A stretch of 64,000 nucleotides of DNA from the IMG/VR virus record IMGVR_UViG_2974628062_000001, positions 44,794 to 108,793 of that record; one strand, given 5' to 3'. Position numbers and translations under genes: made by a program. This stretch comes from a virus. Lineage: Duplodnaviria; Heunggongvirae; Uroviricota; Caudoviricetes. This document shows, piece after piece, positions 20,543-29,204 of this stretch (position 1 is its first letter; each line of letters opens with the position of its first letter). Below the pieces are notes generated by a model. The model did no database searches, was not told where the DNA came from, and saw nothing but the letters and a program-made list of their open reading frames with translations.

Positions 20543-20613
20543 TGCTCCGTCGTATAACGGCAATACATTCGGCTCTGGACCGAAGAATTGAGGTTCGAAT
20601 CCTTGCGGGGCAG
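20543..20613 (+). tRNA. tRNA-Gln(CUG)
   Basis: U1-A72; acceptor tgctccg/cggggca; D stem gtat/atac; anticodon stem ttcgg/ccgaa, loop ctctgga. Confidence 0.65.
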
Positions 20614-20775
20614 CAAAGTCAAGTGCGACGGTACTTGACGGGAGTGGCGGAACGCCTTACTATGGAGGTAACGCACATCGGGGCCTAACCAGCCGGTTGA
20701 TAACCAAACTGATGGTCTAGACTAACGGAGTACATAGAGGTCTAGTGCCGGAAAACTTAATCCGGTCTCCCACAT

Positions 20776-20846
20776 ATCTGCTTGGTGTAATGGTAGCACA
20801 AGAGATTCCAAACCTCTTAGCGTGGGTTCGATTCCTACAGCAGGTG
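20776..20846 (+). tRNA. tRNA-Trp(CCA)
   Basis: acceptor atctgct/agcaggt; anticodon loop ttccaaa; T-loop TTCGATT. Confidence 0.6.
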
Positions 20847-20847
20847 C

Positions 20848-20876
20848 TTGACTTCCAAATTTGGGGGTGTCATAAT
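20848..20876 (+). promoter_or_regulatory. sigma-70-like promoter
   Basis: TTGACT-17-CATAAT. Confidence 0.5.
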
Positions 20877-20971
20877 GGTATACAAGTTGAAGGCTCTGTT
20901 CTTCAAGCTTCGCCCGGTGGTTGATAAGCTACTGAGCAGATGGTACACTAGAAGAACAAAGTAAGAAACAA

Positions 20972-21050
20972 GCTTTCGGGTCGGATGTAAACGGTTATCT
21001 TTCAATTTGGTGAATACAATATCCCGTTTACAACAACACATCCGAATCAT
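20972..21050 (+). ncRNA. Y RNA-like repeat element copy A (short form), abutting tRNA-Ile
   Basis: AAGCTT then CGGGTCGGATGTAAACGGTTATC; tcggatgt pairs acatccga and aaacgg pairs ccgttt around an 8-nt bulge. Confidence 0.5.
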
Positions 21051-21125
21051 TGGGGTATAGCTCGGTCTGGTTAGAGCAATCGTCTGATAAGCGATAGGTC
21101 GTGGGTTCGAATCCCACTGCCCCAA
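21051..21125 (+). tRNA. tRNA-Ile(GAU)
   Basis: acceptor tggggta/tgcccca; anticodon stem atcgt/gcgat, loop ctgataa. Confidence 0.8.
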
Positions 21126-21129
21126 CTGT

Positions 21130-21262
21130 GTGGGTCGAATGTTATCGATTATCTTCCAAACAGCGGGTTATAGGTTCGAATCCTATCCACGGCTTTCATG
21201 TCGTGGTAGCTCAATGGGTAGAGCAGCAGTCCTAAAAATACGATAGCAACAACATATCCACC
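21130..21262 (+). ncRNA. Y RNA-like element copy E (full form: 5' GGGTCGAATGTTATC, T-arm mimic, D-arm mimic, 3' CAACATATCC)
   Basis: atgttatcg pairs cgata[gcaaca]acat; internal gggttatagGTTCGAATCctatcc and tagctcaatgggtagagc. Confidence 0.5.
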
Positions 21263-21264
21263 AA

Positions 21265-21417
21265 GCTTGCGGGTCGGAGACATTCGGTTATCTTTGATTC
21301 CAATAATATCAGAATTCCGGTTCGACTCCGGATTGCGAATGAATAGGGGTAGGCCCAGCTAGCTCTGAAATGTTAGTGAATTCGCACCTTCCGATGTCAT
21401 ATATATCCGCATATAAT
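21265..21417 (+). ncRNA. Y RNA-like element copy B (full form), abutting tRNA-Ser
   Basis: AAGCTT then CGGGTCGGAGACATTCGGTTATC; cattcg pairs cgaatg; T-arm mimic ttccggTTCGACtccgga; 3' atatatccgc. Confidence 0.5.
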
Positions 21418-21504
21418 GGAGAGTCAATCCGATTGGCGACGGAACTTGTCTTGAAAACAAACGAGGTGTGAAAGCCCTTGGGGGTTCGACTCCCCCACTC
21501 TCCG
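21418..21504 (+). tRNA. tRNA-Ser(UGA), long variable arm
   Basis: acceptor ggagagt/actctcc perfect; D stem tccg/cgga; anticodon loop cttgaaa; 16-nt variable arm. Confidence 0.75.
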
Positions 21505-21526
21505 CTTCCTAGTACTAAGGAGTAGT

Positions 21527-21712
21527 ATGACTGAGACAGAAAATGTCGGTCCTTCTTCCTACCAGCTAGCAATCATCCTTGCTCTTCAGAGCAAGCACGT
21601 GTATGCTAATACGGTAGATGAGAACGAGATTGCACGACGACGTAAGGCAAGCAAGCGGGCGCGACTACAGCGCAGAGTAAATAGAAGGCTTGACACGACA
21701 CGTCGCTCGTGA
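21527..21712 (+). CDS. hypothetical basic protein
   Basis: ORF track; RBS AAGGAG. Confidence 0.35.
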   Translation: MTETENVGPSSYQLAIILALQSKHVYANTVDENEIARRRKASKRARLQRRVNRRLDTTRRS

Positions 21713-21799
21713 TAAGGTTTTAACAGAACAACAGATGGTCGGCAAGCAGGTAAGTGAGGGCTACAGGAGCTTGAACCACAACACCCTTCACCATCACAT

Positions 21800-21872
21800 G
21801 CGTCGTTAGTTCAGCGGTCAGAGCACTGCCCTGTCAAGGCAGAAGTCGCGGGTTCGAATCCCGTACGGCGCG
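21800..21872 (+). tRNA. tRNA-Asp(GUC)
   Basis: acceptor gcgtcgt/acggcgc; anticodon stem ctgcc/ggcag, loop ctgtcaa. Confidence 0.8.
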
Positions 21873-21909
21873 CATATTAAAGTAACTGTTGCCTATTGAT
21901 TGGAATGAA

Positions 21910-22113
21910 ATGGCACGCGTTAAGAAGTTTGACCTTGTCGAGCTTGACAAGGACGGCTGGTTCTCTGCTAAGGTTAGCGGAAAGTTCCGGGGTCTGGTTG
22001 AGAAGACAGGTCGTAGCAACTACACTCTCCACCTTGGCAAGGGTGACGTGACCAACTTTACTACAAAGAAGGCACTAGAGACTTGGCTCACAAACAAGTG
22101 GGCTTCTAACTAA
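21910..22113 (+). CDS. hypothetical protein
   Basis: internal ATG of track ORF 21889. Confidence 0.35.
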   Translation: MARVKKFDLVELDKDGWFSAKVSGKFRGLVEKTGRSNYTLHLGKGDVTNFTTKKALETWLTNKWASN

Positions 22114-22122
22114 ATACTTATA

Positions 22123-22190
22123 GCGTTCGGGTCGGAGGCTTTCGTTTATCATTGGCGAATAAGACGATTGCTACCAACATATCCGCTCAC
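22123..22190 (+). ncRNA. Y RNA-like element copy C (degenerate)
   Basis: CGGGTCGGAGGCTTTCGTTTATC then acgattgctaccaacatatccgc. Confidence 0.35.
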
Positions 22191-22197
22191 TAACTTC

Positions 22198-22368
22198 TAG
22201 GCCCTAACAATTTCGGGTCGGATGTTCCTCGGTTATCTAAATTATACTGTGAATATAAAGGTGTCGGTTCGAATCCGGCTAGTCTCCCTTTCGTGGAGGC
22301 TATGGTGTAATGGCAGCACTAAGAATCCCCCGAGAACGCTACATATCCGTCATAATTGTTAGGGCCTA
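22198..22368 (+). ncRNA. Y RNA-like element copy D (full form) closed by 13-bp perfect inverted repeat
   Basis: taggccctaacaa...ttgttagggccta; CGGGTCGGATGTTCCTCGGTTATC; T-arm mimic gtcggTTCGAATccggc; D-arm mimic tggtgtaatggcagcac; 3' ctacatatccg. Confidence 0.55.
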
Positions 22369-22396
22369 AGCTATTTCCAAAAACAAGGAGAGAATC

Positions 22397-22582
22397 ATGC
22401 CTCAGTACGAGAAGAAGCAGAAGATTACCGCGAATCTTGTCCGCAAGTATGGTGAAGAGCACTACCGAGTTCTTGACGACTATGAGATGATGCGGCTGAA
22501 GTGTTCTGGTAGGGTTGTTCCGGAAGGCAAGATGACTGAGAACAGCAAGTACATCATCAGCTATTACATCGAGAAGGACTAA
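22397..22582 (+). CDS. hypothetical protein
   Basis: RBS AAGGAG. Confidence 0.45.
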   Translation: MPQYEKKQKITANLVRKYGEEHYRVLDDYEMMRLKCSGRVVPEGKMTENSKYIISYYIEKD

Positions 22583-22585
22583 TTA

Positions 22586-22957
22586 ATGAAGACAGTCTGG
22601 GGTCAGGAAGTTTCTGTAGGCACCCTAGTTTATCGTGGGGCTCGTTCTGGAAGCTCTTCCGAATACAAGGTCGGTGTGGTACAGTCTTTCAGCAAGGGGA
22701 AGCCACGAGTTAACTGGCTCTATGAACAATCTGGAAAGTGGTTCTGGATTGGTGATGAGCGAGTGTGGTATGCTTACCCAAGTGCGCTGAAGAACAGCTT
22801 CGGCTCACCCGCTCCAGAGAGCATCGTTCCGATTGATGTTGACCTTGAAGAGCTTGAGCGACAGTCCGGCTTCTTTGAGCAACTAAAGTACGACACAAAG
22901 TTTGTAGACCAGTCCGAGTTCGACTATGCATTCGACAATTGGAGGAATGATGGCTGA
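22586..22957 (+). CDS. hypothetical protein
   Basis: ORF track. Confidence 0.45.
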   Translation: MKTVWGQEVSVGTLVYRGARSGSSSEYKVGVVQSFSKGKPRVNWLYEQSGKWFWIGDERVWYAYPSALKNSFGSPAPESIVPIDVDLEELERQSGFFEQLKYDTKFVDQSEFDYAFDNWRNDG

Positions 22958-23183
22958 GTGGAAAGAGCGTTTTAACGAGGCGCTAGCTGCGATGCTTCGT
23001 GAGGAATATGACCTTGACGCCGTTAAGGTTGTGTCCTTTGAAGACACTGAGCAGTCTGGTGGTTATTGTGAGACGTGTTATTACGAGTACATCGAATGTG
23101 TAATCAAGTACGAGAACTCTAAGGGTGAAACCGAAGAGTATCGCTACTATGGTTCATTCGCTGAACTTGTCGGTTCTCTCTGA
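22947..23183 (+). CDS. hypothetical protein
   Basis: RBS GGAGGA then ATG. Confidence 0.4.
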   Translation: MMAEWKERFNEALAAMLREEYDLDAVKVVSFEDTEQSGGYCETCYYEYIECVIKYENSKGETEEYRYYGSFAELVGSL

Positions 23184-23190
23184 GAATCCC

Positions 23191-23212
23191 GCCGGGTTTA
23201 CCCGGCAAGCTT
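23191..23212 (+). repeat. GC hairpin + AAGCTT intergenic motif
   Basis: gccggg-ttta-cccggc then AAGCTT. Confidence 0.6.
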
Positions 23213-23256
23213 ATAATCCATGCCCATAATGGGCCGAAACGAAAGGAAATTTCGAA

Positions 23257-24873
23257 ATGAAGAACTCTCTCGGTAAGTACGCTGCTTCTCAGAAGGCAGA
23301 GCGTACTTCAACGCCTCAGACCAAGCGGACTCCGGGACGCACTGATGAGGTAAAGAACAACGCTGGTGGTTTTACGTTTCAGGTGAACGACAAGACTCGT
23401 CTTGAGCGATTCCTGATTCTTGGAACCGACAAGGGTACGTACTACGTCAAGGAGCAGAAGCTCACCGCGCAGAACGTTGACTTTGTCCGTGAGCTGATTC
23501 GCAAGGATGAGCGCATGGTGGTTGACACTGTTGTGGATGTCTCTGTAAATGGTCGTGCGGCTAAGAATTCTCCTGCACTCTTCACCATGGCTCTGGTTAT
23601 GGCAGAGGGTCAAGATAAGGCTTACGCTCGTGAGGCTGTGACGAAGGTTGCTCGTACTTCCACTCACCTGTTCGAGTACGCACAGTACATCGATGACCTT
23701 GGTGGTTGGGGTCGTGCAAAGCGTCAGTCCGTGGCGGGTTGGTATGAGGGCAAGGATGTAGATTCTCTCGCATACCAGGCTGTAAAGTACCGTCAGCGTA
23801 ATGGCTGGACTCACCGTGACCTTTTCCGTCTCTCTCACCCAAAGGGTGTTGACGAGAAGGTTGGTAAGTTCATCCTCAATGGCGAAGTTTCCGAGACTTC
23901 TCCGCTGATTATTGAGGGTTTTGCCAAGATGCAGAAGGCGAAGTCTGTAAAGAATGTCCTTGATGTTCTTGAAGAGTTCCCTTACCTGCCTTGGGAGACC
24001 ATTCCTACGCAGTTCCTCACGGACGCTAAGGTTTGGCAGACCCTCTTTTACCAGGGTTCTCTTGGTCAGACTGCACTTCTTCGTAATGTGAAGCGATTCG
24101 CTAAGATGGGTGCATTCAATGACATGATGTTCGCTGGTGAAGTCGCTAAGCGTCTTGCTGATGCAGAGGCTATTCGAAAGGGTCGGGTTCACCCTGTCTC
24201 TTACCTGAATGCTCTTTACATCTACACCAAGGGCGAGTTCGCTCGTACTGGTTGGTCTGGCGCACGGTCTAAGGACTGGACGACCAATGCCAAGGTTGCT
24301 GGTGCTCTTGAGGCTGGTTTCTACAATGCCTTCGGGAATGTAGAGCCTGCAAACAAGCGCACGATGGTAAGTATTGACGTTAGCGCGTCAATGACTTGGC
24401 AGGCACCTGCGGGTCTTGTTGGTCTGGATTGCCGAGAGGCAGCCGCAGCAATGGCTATGGTGCTGGTTCGTTCCGAGCCTTACGTTACTGTTAATGCATT
24501 CTCTACGTATCTTCAGGATGCTGGAGTTTCCGACAGTGACTCTCTTCAGACGGTTATGAACAAGATTAGTCGTCTCCCAATGGGAGGCACTGACTGTGCA
24601 CAGCCGATGCTCTTTGCAGCTCAGAACAACATTGAGGTTGACACCTTCACGGTGTGGACTGACAATGAGACTTGGGCTGGTAGGGTGAAGCCTTTCCAGG
24701 CTCTGAAGCAGTACCGTCAGCAGACTGGTATTGACGCAAGGCTGGTTGTCGTTGGTCTTGAGGGTAACGAGTTTACCATTGCAGACCCAACAGACAAGGG
24801 AATGCTTGACGTTGTTGGATTTGACGCTAACGCCCCTGGTGTTATTGCCAACTTCAGCGCTGGTCGAGTGTGA
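23257..24873 (+). CDS. rsr: Ro60/Rsr ortholog (TROVE domain + C-terminal vWA)
   Basis: 538 aa; RFLILGTDKGTYY matches the Ro60 TROVE motif; vWA MIDAS-like DVSASMT. Confidence 0.8.
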   Translation: MKNSLGKYAASQKAERTSTPQTKRTPGRTDEVKNNAGGFTFQVNDKTRLERFLILGTDKGTYYVKEQKLTAQNVDFVRELIRKDERMVVDTVVDVSVNGRAAKNSPALFTMALVMAEGQDKAYAREAVTKVARTSTHLFEYAQYIDDLGGWGRAKRQSVAGWYEGKDVDSLAYQAVKYRQRNGWTHRDLFRLSHPKGVDEKVGKFILNGEVSETSPLIIEGFAKMQKAKSVKNVLDVLEEFPYLPWETIPTQFLTDAKVWQTLFYQGSLGQTALLRNVKRFAKMGAFNDMMFAGEVAKRLADAEAIRKGRVHPVSYLNALYIYTKGEFARTGWSGARSKDWTTNAKVAGALEAGFYNAFGNVEPANKRTMVSIDVSASMTWQAPAGLVGLDCREAAAAMAMVLVRSEPYVTVNAFSTYLQDAGVSDSDSLQTVMNKISRLPMGGTDCAQPMLFAAQNNIEVDTFTVWTDNETWAGRVKPFQALKQYRQQTGIDARLVVVGLEGNEFTIADPTDKGMLDVVGFDANAPGVIANFSAGRV

Positions 24874-24881
24874 CCAAAGAA

Positions 24882-24909
24882 CCCCGCCGAATGGGCGGGG
24901 TTCAAGCTT
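24882..24909 (+). repeat. GC hairpin + AAGCTT intergenic motif
   Basis: ccccgcc-gaatg-ggcgggg, TTC, AAGCTT. Confidence 0.6.
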
Positions 24910-24923
24910 GTAAGGAGAAATAA

Positions 24924-25904
24924 ATGTACTATGGAATTGCAGGTGGCGCTCAAGTATACGTTGACTGTAAAATGAATTATCAAGATGTTGACGTATGGGA
25001 TACCATTGGCTCGTTTAAGTTGACCATGGATAAAGAATGGACGCTTACAGCCAAGTACGATGACATGACAGTCAAGGTGTCTGTGAGGAGCTACGGAAAT
25101 GATGACAGGCGAGTAGTTATCTCTACCTTGCTCGCACCCCTGAAGCAATTCGAAGACAGCGCAATTTATGTTGCCTCGGTAGCAGCCATTGAAACCAAAC
25201 TAGGCTTCAAGGTGGACAGGGATATTCCGGCGGGTATTGGTGAAATCACAGATACAATTGTGTGGAATGACAGAGTAGAGTACGAAATGTATATCAGTCA
25301 CTCCATTAGTTCTAACTGGATTAAAGAGCCACTGCTTCTTGTCGAGCATATTGAAGACACCTTTAAGATTAGGATTTCAATGACTATTGATGGTCAAAAG
25401 GCAGCCGTAGAGATTGGTGATGAATTGTGGTTGGACAATCAAGAAAATGTTCTTAATTATGCCAAGCACATGTTGATTGACTCCTTCTATGAAAAGAAGT
25501 GGTCTCCACAACTGACATATCTCAAGTATTACATGTTTGAAGATGAGATGAAGGGTGTGTCTGGCGAGTCTGCCCACATAGCCATGAAGGACATGGAATG
25601 GGCTCACATTGGATTTACTGAGGAGCTGGAAATTAAGGGTCCTCACCAGTTCACTGTGAAAAATCCGGCGGCGGAGATGCATATGTACAAGCATCCCAGC
25701 GCTGAAGACCACAGAGTGCGAGAGCTTCCAGCCCTTAACGAAAGGGTAAAGCATCCCATCACACAGCAGACAGGAACACTGAAGAGTGTTATCATTAGTT
25801 TGAACGATGGTGCTAAGTGGACCAGAGAGCAAATTGCTGACTGGCTTGAGACTCTGGACATTGACATTTCATTCAAGACTAAGGAGAATGATGAACAAGA
25901 TTGA
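24924..25904 (+). CDS. hypothetical protein
   Basis: 326 aa ORF; RBS AAGGAG. Confidence 0.5.
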   Translation: MYYGIAGGAQVYVDCKMNYQDVDVWDTIGSFKLTMDKEWTLTAKYDDMTVKVSVRSYGNDDRRVVISTLLAPLKQFEDSAIYVASVAAIETKLGFKVDRDIPAGIGEITDTIVWNDRVEYEMYISHSISSNWIKEPLLLVEHIEDTFKIRISMTIDGQKAAVEIGDELWLDNQENVLNYAKHMLIDSFYEKKWSPQLTYLKYYMFEDEMKGVSGESAHIAMKDMEWAHIGFTEELEIKGPHQFTVKNPAAEMHMYKHPSAEDHRVRELPALNERVKHPITQQTGTLKSVIISLNDGAKWTREQIADWLETLDIDISFKTKENDEQD

Positions 25905-26097
25905 TGAGAAGGCGAAGGAACTTCAGGCGACCATTGACGAGATTGGTATGTCGGTTTACACTGGCTACACTCTTGCTGATGCTATTCGTGAAGGCTCTTC
26001 TGTATCAACTCAGGAGTATGGTTGGGGCAATGGTGAGACAGCCTGTGCTTTGACCAGTGCGGTTATCGCTGCAAAGGCTCGTGGCTACGTCGATTGA
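25888..26097 (+). CDS. hypothetical protein
   Basis: RBS AAGGAG then ATGATG. Confidence 0.4.
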   Translation: MMNKIDEKAKELQATIDEIGMSVYTGYTLADAIREGSSVSTQEYGWGNGETACALTSAVIAAKARGYVD

Positions 26098-26172
26098 CAT
26101 GCGCCGAGTTTTGTAGTAACATAGAAACACAGAGGGAGTTACGTCTTAATAACGTAGGGCTAACTCCTTCAT

Positions 26173-26244
26173 GCTTCCGTAGGCTAATGGATAAACCCTG
26201 GTGCTACGAACGCCATATTGTCGGTTCGAATCCGGCCGGAAGCG
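26173..26244 (+). tRNA. tRNA-Arg(ACG)
   Basis: acceptor gcttccg/cggaagc perfect; anticodon loop ctacgaa; T-arm gtcggTTCGAATccggc. Confidence 0.8.
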
Positions 26245-26352
26245 CAATGGTGGACCGTACAATCCACCAAGTCACTGTAGTTTAAGTATGGGAATAAAAC
26301 ATCCGTCCTAGGATAAGGACGGATGCACACGCGACCCGTGCCAGTGACGCTT

Positions 26353-26425
26353 GCCTCTGTAGAGTAATGGATAACTCAGCAGCCTTCTAAGCTGTAAAAT
26401 GCAGGTTCGAATCCTGTCAGGGGTA
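26353..26425 (+). tRNA. tRNA-Arg(UCU)
   Basis: acceptor gcctctg/caggggt; D stem gagt/actc; anticodon loop cttctaa. Confidence 0.7.
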
Positions 26426-26530
26426 CTTTATGAGAGACAAAATGCTTCGTAAAAGGTCCTCTTGGAGGACTTGGACCAAGACTTATGGGTCTGAGCAGAA
26501 AAGAAATGACCGCGCATTTGAGAAGAAGCA

Positions 26531-26713
26531 GTGGAGAAAAGAATGGCTGAGCGAAAGCTAACAGTATACTTTGAATCAGGCGATGACATTGATGAAGACG
26601 AGTTCTTCGAATATGTTCATCGCTTTTTCTGTAAGAATCCCAACGACCCGAACGTAGAAAATTGCAGGATTTATGCAATGACCGCTCAAAGTGTAGTTGA
26701 GGAAGAAGACTAG
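26531..26713 (+). CDS. hypothetical acidic protein
   Basis: ORF track. Confidence 0.3.
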   Translation: MEKRMAERKLTVYFESGDDIDEDEFFEYVHRFFCKNPNDPNVENCRIYAMTAQSVVEEED

Positions 26714-26755
26714 GCGTGCTATGATTGGTCTAACAAAGCCAAAGTAGGAGGCACG

Positions 26756-27361
26756 TTGCCTAAGAGAAAGTTCTTCTACGATACTGAGTTCCATGAAGAC
26801 GGAAAAACAATTGACCTAATTTCAATTGGAATGGTCCGTGGAGATGGAAAAGAATATTACGCAGTATCTTCAGAAGCAGATTACAGAAAGATTTATGAGA
26901 ACAGTTGGCTCATGAATCATGTTATGAACACGATTCCACACGTTGTAGTGGAAATTCCTAACGATGGTGGTTTCACCATTATTCCAACAGGTCCGGATGT
27001 CAAAACTCGTGCAGAGATTCGAGACGACATCATGAACTTTGTTGGTGAAAGCCAGGACTTGTTCAATGACCCTCATGGCGAGGCAAAGGCTGAGCTATGG
27101 GCTTGGTATGCCGATTATGACCATGTAGCATTGTGTCAACTATTCGGTAAGATGATTGACTTGCCTGAGAAGTTCCCAATGTTTACCCGAGATTTGAGGC
27201 AGCACTGGGAATACTGCGGTTATCCTGAACTTCCACGTCAGGATGATGGAGAGCACAACGCACTTGACGATGCCAGACACAATCTGGTAATGTGGAAGTA
27301 CATGGAGGAGCACTGCAAGCAATATGGAAACACACGTTTTCTCGGTAATGCTTCAAGTTGA
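26756..27361 (+). CDS. DEDDh 3'-5' exonuclease (RNase T/oligoribonuclease-like)
   Basis: FYDTEFHEDG Exo I; HNALDDARH Exo III. Confidence 0.65.
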   Translation: MPKRKFFYDTEFHEDGKTIDLISIGMVRGDGKEYYAVSSEADYRKIYENSWLMNHVMNTIPHVVVEIPNDGGFTIIPTGPDVKTRAEIRDDIMNFVGESQDLFNDPHGEAKAELWAWYADYDHVALCQLFGKMIDLPEKFPMFTRDLRQHWEYCGYPELPRQDDGEHNALDDARHNLVMWKYMEEHCKQYGNTRFLGNASS

Positions 27362-27450
27362 GGTAGAAGCACCATCAGAGGATGATGCTCGTGAAGCCAT
27401 CAGAGATTGCTTCGGAGAGGGTAGCAACTGTGGTGCAAACGTGGTAGAGT

Positions 27451-27672
27451 ATGAGGTGCTTGACCATGCTAGACTTGACTGACATCGAAAATCGCGGGGT
27501 TACGTTCAAAAAGTTTTGTGGACTTGATGCCGAAGATGGTGTAGGATGTACAGAAGAAGCGGTAGGAGACATCACCGCTGAACTGGAAGATGGAGTAAAG
27601 ATTCCAGTCCCAGTATGTGAAGGTCATCTACAAGAACTCATTGCCGCTTACAATGTTGAGCAAGTGAGTTGA
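27451..27672 (+). CDS. hypothetical protein
   Basis: ORF track. Confidence 0.35.
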   Translation: MRCLTMLDLTDIENRGVTFKKFCGLDAEDGVGCTEEAVGDITAELEDGVKIPVPVCEGHLQELIAAYNVEQVS

Positions 27673-27709
27673 CAGTGACACGAACTCTTGCTATGATAGA
27701 AGAGTTCCT

Positions 27710-27782
27710 GGGGGCTTAGCTCAGTTGGTAGAGCGCTTGCCTTGCAAGCAAGAGGTGGGGGGTTCGATTCCCCCAGTCTCCA
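27710..27782 (+). tRNA. tRNA-Ala(UGC)
   Basis: G3-U70 present; anticodon stem cttgc/gcaag, loop cttgcaa. Confidence 0.8.
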
Positions 27783-28087
27783 CTGACCATATTTGGTCTA
27801 CAAAGGGGGGGTGTACAGAATGTTGTACACACTACTAGTAATCTTGGTAATCATCGTTATCTTGATGCTTATCTTCTAAGGGGGTAAGTATGAGAGGCAG
27901 CGATGTAGTATGGACGATTGCAGGAGTTCTCTTTGCGATTGCTCTAATCGTCTGGCTTGCGGACAACGTAAGCTTCTGATAGAGTAAAGCTAGAAGGCTC
28001 TGAGGGAGGTCTGGTTAACACTGAAGTTGGTTAGGTGTTAACATCGGGTGAGACGCGGAACCAAACCTACGTCACTTTCCCTCACAT

Positions 28088-28160
28088 GCTCCGGTAGCTC
28101 AGTTGGCAGAGCAGGCGGCTCTTAACCGTCGTGTCGGGAGTTCAAGTCTCCCTCGGAGTA
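28088..28160 (+). tRNA. tRNA-Lys(CUU)
   Basis: acceptor gctccgg/tcggagt; anticodon loop ctcttaa; T-loop TTCAAGT. Confidence 0.7.
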
Positions 28161-28164
28161 CGTA

Positions 28165-28205
28165 TAATTAAAACACCCTCGTTGGTTTCCGGCGGGGGTT
28201 TTATT
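28165..28205 (+). terminator. probable terminator
   Basis: GC hairpin then GGGGGTTTTATTTTT. Confidence 0.4.
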
Positions 28206-28421
28206 TTTAGGGATGTCTCATGATGAGCGACGCTATTGACAAGGCAGTTGAAGCATGGCATACTTCAGGTGATGAAGAGACCCGCTCACTGCAAGAGTAT
28301 CTGGACATGAATGATGCTGAATTCCAGGTGTGGGTGGTTACAGGCAGGATGACTGAATCCTACCTTGACAGGCATCCAGAGATGATGTAAGATATAAGAA
28401 CAAGGCGTCGAGAGACGCTAT

Positions 28422-28494
28422 GGCTCGGTGGTGAAATCGGTTATCACGTTTCCCTCATAAGGAAGTATTTCGGGTTCGAGTCCCGGCTGAGCTA
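28422..28494 (+). tRNA. tRNA-Met(CAU) (elongator or Ile2-type)
   Basis: acceptor ggctcgg/ctgagct; 3-bp D stem with long D loop; anticodon loop ctcataa. Confidence 0.65.
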
Positions 28495-28496
28495 CT

Positions 28497-28572
28497 GCGG
28501 AGTGGACAAGTGGTAAGTCGCTGGCCTCATAAGCCAGAGAACGTCTCAAATGGTTCGAATCCTACCTCCGCC
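28497..28572 (+). tRNA. second CAU-anticodon tRNA, atypical T stem
   Basis: acceptor gcggagt/cctccgc; anticodon stem ctggc/gccag perfect; T stem aatgg/cctac pairs poorly. Confidence 0.5.
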
Positions 28573-28756
28573 ACTATGAATAACACAAGTTAAAAACCTT
28601 CTTCGTCAGAAGGAGGTGATTAAATTGCCAGGACCAATGTCCCGTCCAGATGGACACCGAGAGTCTTGCGAAGAGCGTAAAGCTCGTGGTAAGATGCTCA
28701 TGAATGGAAAGACTCCGAAGACCGGAAAGTCTTCAAGGTGAGCGCAAGCTCATCCT

Positions 28757-28828
28757 GTCCCTTTAGCTTAGTTGGAAAAGCGTTCGGTTGAAGCCCGAAA
28801 GTCTGCGGTTCGATTCCGCGAGGGGACA
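28757..28828 (+). tRNA. tRNA-Phe(GAA)
   Basis: acceptor gtccctt/aggggac; anticodon stem ttcgg/ccgaa, loop ttgaagc. Confidence 0.8.
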
Positions 28829-28855
28829 CTTTATCGTCTAACAAAGGATAGTACA

Positions 28856-29005
28856 ATGGGTTGGTTTAAGAGTGAACCCAAGGAAACGCCCAGAGAGACG
28901 ACCGATGAAGAAGAGGCAGAGGCTAGCTTGAAGTTCGCTACTGCTTCTGGTAGATTTGGTCCAGTAGGAAGGCGAGATGCAACATGGACGACATCCGGCG
29001 AGTAA
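28856..29005 (+). CDS. hypothetical protein
   Basis: internal ATG of track ORF; upstream part overlaps tRNA-Phe. Confidence 0.3.
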   Translation: MGWFKSEPKETPRETTDEEEAEASLKFATASGRFGPVGRRDATWTTSGE

Positions 29006-29199
29006 GCGATGAAGACCTGAACCGTCCTGGTCCGGGTTCACTTACAGACGAACGAGCTGCTGAAGCACTTGGTCTTGAAATGGATGAGCTTATCCGTATC
29101 ATGGATGTGTGGATGGAGTTCGCTGGTGAAGTTGCACGAGAGCGCATGAGGCGTCGCAAGGAACGGCTTGCCAACAAGGATAGAACGGTGGTAGAGTAG
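28984..29199 (+). CDS. hypothetical protein
   Basis: ORF track. Confidence 0.35.
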   Translation: MDDIRRVSDEDLNRPGPGSLTDERAAEALGLEMDELIRIMDVWMEFAGEVARERMRRRKERLANKDRTVVE

Positions 29200-29204
29200 T
29201 GAGC

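Noticed and set aside
20443-20688. 81-aa + ORF
   Set aside because: Covers the promoter and tRNA-Gln(CUG).
21127-21262. circularly permuted tRNA
   Set aside because: The 3' acceptor ccacggc (21184) lies upstream of its 5' partner gtcgtgg (21200). Both segments belong to the repeated Y RNA-like module also seen at 22198-22368, so a Y-like element with tRNA-mimic arms is more parsimonious.
23308-24192. 294-aa minus-strand ORF
   Set aside because: Antisense to the Ro60 gene; no RBS or motif.
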